From NCBI GenBank assembly GCA_963711635.1, contig CAVQEZ010000011.1, positions 61,832 to 125,831 of the forward strand: a DNA stretch of 64,000 nucleotides, given 5' to 3'. The translations under genes were made by a program, and so were the position numbers. Numbering within the stretch: the stretch's first letter is position 1; each line of letters starts with the position of its first letter. Source of the stretch: an uncultured Pseudomonadota bacterium (GTDB lineage: Bacteria > Pseudomonadota > Gammaproteobacteria > Steroidobacterales > Steroidobacteraceae). Positions 58,619 to 64,000 of the stretch are shown one piece after another. Under the pieces are notes generated by a model that saw only the letters and a list, made by a program, of their open reading frames with translations, searched no databases and was not told the origin of the DNA.

Positions 58619-59680
58619 ATGATTGCCGACATCCGCTCCGGGATCGGCTCTCTTGTGGGTCAATGGTTCGGCGGGTCGCGTGCACGAACGGTCCCGCGGG
58701 TGATCAAAGATCGGCAGGGAAGCCGGGTGCAGCCTTGCGCCGCAGGTGCCGTCGACGGCATCCAATTTCCGCGTGTCCATGCGGATGTCGCGATGCTGCG
58801 CTTCACGGCGCATGCGCTCGATGCGAGTCTCGACGATCTGCGCCGCGAGGCAACTCCATCGGAGCTTGCCGAACTCGAGCCGGCCACGCGTGTGCTCGGT
58901 GATCTGGAGCTGCAAGCGAAGTACCTTCCGCGCCGGCCGTCGCTGCTGCCGCGACTCATGACCGCCATCAACAGCGACTCGAACTCGATGCGCGACATGG
59001 CGCGGATCATTGGCGAAGACGGCACGCTGCTGGGAGGCCTGTTGAGGCTGGCAAACAGCGCCTATTACGGGGTGCGCCGACACAAACCCATCGAGAGCCT
59101 GGAGAAAGCGGTGGCGCTCGTGGGTACCGACGGACTGCGCTCGCTGGTGGCCACCGCTCTGTTGCATCCGGTCATGACCGGCACGCGAGGAGCTTTTTCC
59201 TCATTCGCCGAGGCGACCTGGGAGCACAGCCAGTACTCCGCCGCATGCGCCGAACTACACGCGGTTCACCTCGAGGGCGCTGATGCGTTCAGCGCACGGC
59301 TCCTGGTGTTGCTGCGCGGCCTCGCGAGCAATGCCGTGTTCCGCATCGCGCGCGAGCATTGCCCGGCCGTAAACAATGTACCGCCGGCGGCCATGGCCAA
59401 ACTGCTCGACGACTGGGTGCCCCCGATGGCGCTGCGCATCGCCGAGAACTGGCAGCTGCCCAAGGACCTGTGCGCCGTGCTCTCGGCTCCGGCCGAGCCG
59501 GGCCTGGCGCGCTCGCTGCGCTTCGGGCGCCTGGCGGGTGCGCTGCTGGTCCTGGTGAACAGCGGGCACATGCGGGAGCTCTCGGCGCGCGCCATCGTAC
59601 TCGCCGACGATGATCGTCGTGCGCAGGTCGATCGGCTGTGGTCGCGGCTGGCGATCATGCACCTCGCCGCCACGCGCTGA
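58619..59680 (+). CDS. HDOD domain protein (putative signalling protein)
   Basis: LLRLANSAYYGVRRHKPIESLEKAVALVGTDGLRSLV is the HDOD core. The true start may be further downstream. Confidence 0.75.
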   Translation: MIADIRSGIGSLVGQWFGGSRARTVPRVIKDRQGSRVQPCAAGAVDGIQFPRVHADVAMLRFTAHALDASLDDLRREATPSELAELEPATRVLGDLELQAKYLPRRPSLLPRLMTAINSDSNSMRDMARIIGEDGTLLGGLLRLANSAYYGVRRHKPIESLEKAVALVGTDGLRSLVATALLHPVMTGTRGAFSSFAEATWEHSQYSAACAELHAVHLEGADAFSARLLVLLRGLASNAVFRIAREHCPAVNNVPPAAMAKLLDDWVPPMALRIAENWQLPKDLCAVLSAPAEPGLARSLRFGRLAGALLVLVNSGHMRELSARAIVLADDDRRAQVDRLWSRLAIMHLAATR

Positions 59681-59688
59681 CCCGCCCT

Positions 59689-60804
59689 TCATTCGGCTGC
59701 AGGTTCCGCGATACGGTACAGGCGATCCAGGTATGCCTGCAGGACACAGGCTTCATCCGCGCATCGGTCGCGCTCGGCGACCCACTGCCGCTGCTCACGC
59801 CGTGCGATTGCCTTGTCCGCCGACCCGGCCAGATGCAGCGCAAATTCCCGAGCCATTGCCCAGTCAAGAAATCCGAGCACGGGAGTCGCACAAATCATTT
59901 TCTCGGTTGGACTTACGGCCTTCTCGCATGAGAACGAAGGCACGCCGGCCATCGTCGTGTCGAGCCGATAGCTCTCCCCGAGGCCACTCCTCAAGCTGGA
60001 ATTCGCGCTACCAAAGAATTTGCAGCCGTCCTCGGGCGAACTGAATTGCAGTTCGTCGGAGCGAATCGACGTGTCAATTTGGCACGGCGACGAAGCGTCA
60101 CCGGCCACCCATCGCGCATCTTCGGCCTCGAAATGAATCGAACCGCTGATCGTCATGCACGACACGTCGCCTTCCACGCAATGAGAGGCGTTGCCTACCC
60201 CGAGCTGCAGCACCGCCACGGCCTCCCGGCCCTTCCCCGGCAAGACCAGCAGGGTATTCCCCGTGGCAGACCTGAACCGACCCGAAGGCACTGTCTCAAT
60301 TCCCGGCCTGCCTGCGGCTTGAGCGCTGGGCGAGCCGGCGACGGTTGCCGTGATCGCGGCATCGGGTTCCGTGACATCGAGTTCGGCGGCAGCCGCGTTG
60401 ATTTCCGCCATGGCGGCTTCTGTTTCCCGTTCAAGCTGCGCGAACTGCGGATCGACACCTAGAAAGAGGCCCAGTGCTGCGGCGTCAGGCGTCACGAGCA
60501 CATGTTCGTCGTCCGCGATTACGTGAATGGGGATCTCGCGGCGCTCGTCGCCCTTGCTGATCAACGCAGTCCCCTCGAAGACTTTGTTCGCCTCGACAGT
60601 GACGAGAGTCACCCGCTGCACGACCAGACCCAAGTCTCTTGTTTCCGGCGTGTTCGCGAGCATTTGCTCAAGTGCCGCGACCGAAGCCTCGCTGATCTTT
60701 TCCTTGGAGGGAGCACAGCCGGCGATCACCCATGCCGCGAGCAGGGCGATCACGCGCACAATCTGCGCCCCGCTGATGTCGGGTGCTGTTCGTTCCGAAC
60801 GCAT
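59689..60804 (-). CDS. Lipoprotein with a C-terminal LprI/DUF1311-like domain
   Basis: Lipobox VIAGC. C-terminal SFSCEKAVSPTEKMICA...EQRQWVAERDRCADEACVLQAYLDRL. AGGAG SD. Confidence 0.65.
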   Translation of the reverse strand: MRSERTAPDISGAQIVRVIALLAAWVIAGCAPSKEKISEASVAALEQMLANTPETRDLGLVVQRVTLVTVEANKVFEGTALISKGDERREIPIHVIADDEHVLVTPDAAALGLFLGVDPQFAQLERETEAAMAEINAAAAELDVTEPDAAITATVAGSPSAQAAGRPGIETVPSGRFRSATGNTLLVLPGKGREAVAVLQLGVGNASHCVEGDVSCMTISGSIHFEAEDARWVAGDASSPCQIDTSIRSDELQFSSPEDGCKFFGSANSSLRSGLGESYRLDTTMAGVPSFSCEKAVSPTEKMICATPVLGFLDWAMAREFALHLAGSADKAIARREQRQWVAERDRCADEACVLQAYLDRLYRIAEPAAE

Positions 60805-60873
60805 CGGATCTCCTAACAAGATCGGGTGACAAGACTTATCGGATCCAAGGCTATCACGCGTCCCCTGCGGTTC

Positions 60874-60958
60874 GCGCACTTCTTTTTACGAACAGGAAGT
60901 CCGTCATTCGAGATCAATCGCCCACCAGCGAGCTCCGCCATCGATCGCATCCGCGACG
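60874..60958 (+). repeat. Intergenic repeat, copy B (partner 52423-52533)
   Basis: See copy A. Like copy A, it lies in a divergent promoter region in the same orientation. Confidence 0.65.
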
Positions 60959-61065
60959 CCTTGGGCGGTGGCATGGGCGGAATGGACTCAGGTAGATAGC
61001 CCCCGGGGTGGAAGCCACCGGGGATTCTTCGTGCCTGTCACACAAATCGCCCACGCGGCAGAGAG

Positions 61066-61091
61066 CCTCCGGCAATCCACAATGCAGGAGG
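61066..61091 (+). promoter_or_regulatory. Conserved SD-sequestering hairpin in front of paralog B
   Basis: CCTCCGGCA / TGCAGGAGG pairs at 8 of 9 positions, with an 8-nt loop. ATG at 61096. Confidence 0.4.
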
Positions 61092-61095
61092 ACGT

Positions 61096-62097
61096 ATGAA
61101 AAGCAGATGGATCTTATTGCTCACGATTGGTGCGGTGCCGCTGGTGGCGCATGCGGACTGGGCGCCCGCCGTGTACAACGACGACTACGTCGTGACCGTC
61201 GGCGCTTCCGTCAACGGCAGCTACGGTCAGATCACCTACAGAGAACCCCGCTTTGGCGGCGGGAATGACTACCTGGGTTCCGTCGCGCGCGACGTGTATT
61301 CGGTCACGAGCTCGCTCAAGACCGAGCTCAATAACCAGGTGCGCGAAATGGCGGCGCGCGAACAGATCAACTTCACGAGTGGCAACCTGTACGGCGACGC
61401 GAACGTCACCTTGCAACCCAATGGTGCGGGCTATCTAACCACGCGTCTCTCGGGCCTCACCTATGTCGGAACCGCGTCCGGCACCAAGCGAGTAGGCTTC
61501 CTGAGCGGCACCTGCACGGTTACCGTCCGCGTGGCGAACATCGTCGCCACTGCCCAGATCGGTTCCGCCACGGGCGGCATCCCGGACGACTCGGTGGGAC
61601 TTACGGCTGACGTCAGCTCCAATGCGAATTGCTCCAATAGTCTCCAATGGGTTCCGCTCCTCGGTCTGGTCATCAATATCTGGGCGGAGCACGAGGTAAC
61701 CGGGTTGATCGATGGAGCGGCGCGCGGTGCGATCGCCACCATGAAGGACAAGCTGTTCTTTGAGCGCGACGCGAACGCATACGCCGGCCTCAATCGCATC
61801 GTGCCGGCCGACAAGGTGATCCCGTTGCCGAACGGACAATCCTTCGCGGTCGGTCAATGGCTGCACGGCCAGCTCGCCTGGATCCTGAACAACGTCAGCG
61901 CGAATATCGTGCTCAGCCGCGGCGCAGTGCTCGGAATTGTTCCTGGTTCGACCACACCTGATTCGTTGGTGACGGGCGATGTCGTCAAGTTCAACCTCGT
62001 GGTGGGTGGCGTCACTCTCAACATCCACTTGCGTCAAGAGGTCATCGTCGTCTGGCAGTGGCGTTGCACGCGCACGCCTTGCCCCGCGATTCCCTGA
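61096..62097 (+). CDS. Secreted protein of unknown function, paralog B (partner 24104-25099)
   Basis: Signal peptide MKSRWILLLTIGAVPLVAHA. Colinear with paralog A, including four Cys and a near-identical central block. Confidence 0.7.
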   Translation: MKSRWILLLTIGAVPLVAHADWAPAVYNDDYVVTVGASVNGSYGQITYREPRFGGGNDYLGSVARDVYSVTSSLKTELNNQVREMAAREQINFTSGNLYGDANVTLQPNGAGYLTTRLSGLTYVGTASGTKRVGFLSGTCTVTVRVANIVATAQIGSATGGIPDDSVGLTADVSSNANCSNSLQWVPLLGLVINIWAEHEVTGLIDGAARGAIATMKDKLFFERDANAYAGLNRIVPADKVIPLPNGQSFAVGQWLHGQLAWILNNVSANIVLSRGAVLGIVPGSTTPDSLVTGDVVKFNLVVGGVTLNIHLRQEVIVVWQWRCTRTPCPAIP

Positions 62098-62108
62098 CCG
62101 AGCGAAGT

Positions 62109-62141
62109 GCTGCGGCGGCCCGCCCGCGCGGGCCCCGCAGC
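62109..62141. terminator. GC-rich hairpin between convergent genes
   Basis: 14-bp stem with one bulge (GCTGCGGCGGCCCGC / GCGGGCCCCGCAGC) and a 4-nt loop. No T tract. Confidence 0.4.
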
Positions 62142-62144
62142 GCT

Positions 62145-63651
62145 CTACCATGGCGCCGGCTTGTAATCCTTCAGGAACTGTCCCCACACATGCTCGCCGG
62201 TCAGCCGCCCGGCGAAGATCGGGTCCACGATCCGCGCCGCGCCGTCGATGATGTCCAGCGGCGGTGAGAAGCCGAGCTCGGCCTTGCGCGCCGCATGGAC
62301 GGCGGGGTCCTCGTCGGTGATCCATCCGGTATCCACCGCGTTCATGTGGATGCCGTCCTTCACGAAGTCGGGCGCGCTGGTCCGCGTCATCATGTTCAGC
62401 GCCGCTTTCGCCATGTTGGTGTGCGCATGCTTGTCGGTCTTGGTGGCGCGATAGAACTGTCCCTCGATCGCGCTGACATTGACGATGTGCTTGTGAGCAC
62501 CCGCCGTGCGCAGCATGAGCGGCTTGAGCCGCGCATTGAGGATGTACGGCGCAATGGCATTCACCAGTTGCACTTCCAGCAGCTCGGGTGTTTCGACTTC
62601 GTGCATGCGCAGGCGCCAGCTGTTCATCTCGCGCAGATCGACTTGCTGCCGGTCCTCGTCGAAGCGATTCGCGGGGAAGAGCGCCTCGCCGCCGCGGTAA
62701 TCCTCGTCCAGATAGCGTCGCTGCGAGAGCGCTGCGCTGTGCAGGAGTCCCTCGCCCTGGGTGTGTTCTGATGGCGCGGTGAGCGAGGTGGGTGCGTGCG
62801 ACCCCGCCGAGCATCCTGCTCAACTCGTCATGACCCGCGAGCAGGCTGCGCAGGTCCGCCGGCAGCGCGGCGATCGACTCTGCTTCCCGCGCCAGCAGGT
62901 GTTGAAAGAATCCCGCCGGCCGACGCACCGTCTGGCACGCGTTGTTGAGAATGTAGTCGAGGCGCGGCAGCCGTTCGGCGAGAAACCTCGTGAACAGTTC
63001 CACGCTCGGCGTGTGGCGCAGGTCCAGCCCGTGGATCTGCAGCCGTTCGCGATATGAGGAGAAATCCGGCTCTTGCGAATAGCGGTCGGCGGCATCGACC
63101 GGAAAGCGCGTGGTGACGATGACATGCGCGCCGGCGCGCAGTAGTTTGAGCGAGGCCTGGTAGCCGATCTTGACCCGCGCGCCGGTGATCAACGCGTACT
63201 GGCCGCTCAGATCCGCGGTCTGCTCGCGCTTGGCGTAGTTGAAGTCGCCACAGGGCTCGCACATGGAGTCGTAGTAGCGATGCACCTTGGCAAAGGGCTG
63301 CTTGCAGACGTAGCAATCGCGTTCTTGATTCAGTCGCGGCCGCTCATCGAGGTCTTCCGGCTTCGGCGGCTCCAGCCACAGCGGCGCAAAGACCGGTGAG
63401 CGGCGCTGAACGCGCAGCCCGGCCTGCTCGATGGCCTTGCGGTCATGCTCCTTCGCGGCTTCGCGTTCGGCGCGTCGAAAGGCCTTCGCCATCCTGACGA
63501 GATCGTGGCGCTCGGGCTTGGCGACGAGCCCGGCGAGCGTGAGCAGCTCGCGGCGCTGTTCCTGCGTGAGACGCGTGAGGTGCGAGCGATCCGCTTCGAT
63601 CGCTCGAAGTACTCGTACGCACGCGCGCAGGTCGTCATCGGAAATGTCCAT
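62145..63651 (-). pseudogene. SDR-family oxidoreductase with a long N-terminal extension containing a CxxC...CxxC zinc ribbon; one extra base near 62800
   Basis: CYVCKQ...CEPCGDF, ITGARVKIGY and NNACQT are in one frame. After ...SRMLGGV the protein continues (HAPTSL...DLREMNSWRLRMHEV...NVSAIEGQFY...HTNMAKAALN) in the next frame. Confidence 0.75.
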
Positions 63652-63742
63652 GCGGGCATTGTATTGCTCGCAGCGGACTGCCTGCTGCTTGCCGCACAAG
63701 GCGAGGTCGAGCAGGATGCCCACAATCGACATTTTCTCGAGA

Positions 63743-64000
63743 GTGAACGCCGCCGTGAGCATCAGAACCTTCTGCGCCAGCCTCGCTGTACTGCTGGTCG
63801 CCTGTGGCGGCGGGTCCGGCGATACGCAGCCCGGCGGCGCTGTTTCCACTCCGCCTGCTGCCACTACCGACATCGCGCTGCTGTTCATGGGCAACAGCCA
63901 TACGGTCGCCAACGACCTCGCGACCATGGTGGCGGACATGGTGCGCGCGGGTAAACCAGGCAAGACAGTCAGTTTGGCAGTGGCGCCCGGCGGCATGTTC
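63743..64000 (+). CDS. Lipoprotein, 3' end cut by the window edge (GNSHT motif, SGNH/DUF4886-like guess)
   Basis: GTG at 63743 (or 63755). Lipobox LLVACGG, then DIALLFMGNSHTVANDL. The frame stays open to nt 64000. Not in the ORF track because it has no stop. Confidence 0.45.
   Translation, partial: MNAAVSIRTFCASLAVLLVACGGGSGDTQPGGAVSTPPAATTDIALLFMGNSHTVANDLATMVADMVRAGKPGKTVSLAVAPGGMF

Noticed and set aside
61435-63996. 853-aa ORF on the minus strand, the longest in its region.
   Set aside because: It is a composite. Only about 62800-63651 is the real N-terminal part of the SDR gene. The rest is read-through past a frameshift and antisense to paralog B.
1-64000. CRISPR arrays, tRNA/rRNA genes, IS elements, integrases, toxin-antitoxin pairs or known defence genes.
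   Set aside because: Scanning all spacers over 100 nt and all ORFs, I found no tandem direct-repeat arrays, no T-loop-like GGTTCGAATCC sequences, and no transposase, integrase or defence-type domains.

Overview
This is a 64-kb segment of high-G+C chromosome. Hand counts give 69 G+C per 100 nt at 36201-36300, against 51-52 in one low-GC gene. The gene content is rich in TonB-dependent receptors, Sec/Tat-exported hydrolases, a sulfatase, GH39/GH43 enzymes and a PQQ dehydrogenase. That suggests an environmental gammaproteobacterium of the Steroidobacter/Nevskiales/Xanthomonadales type, but this taxonomic call is inference only. I can support about 52 protein-coding genes. I found no rRNA, tRNA, CRISPR array, IS element, integrase, prophage or recognisable defence module. 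Observations worth a second look: (1) an intact 1206-aa secreted protein that combines two CxxCH haem motifs with a VWD-type GDPH self-cleavage motif; (2) an orphan tail-fibre-like gene with 16 copies of a 17-aa repeat and an S74 intramolecular-chaperone C-terminus, next to one member of a duplicated family of secreted proteins of unknown function whose conserved leader sequesters its own Shine-Dalgarno; (3) a divergent PQQ-dehydrogenase / two cytochromes c / caa3-type oxidase (subunit I-III fusion) module, lying between a gene's 3' end and a degenerate copy of that 3' end 7.7 kb away; (4) about 30 frame disruptions in 11 genes, strongly clustered and mostly single extra bases, which looks more like insertion-type assembly error than real decay; (5) three families of short dispersed repeats and one low-GC, probably acquired gene. 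All family names come from motif recognition by eye. No database search was run.
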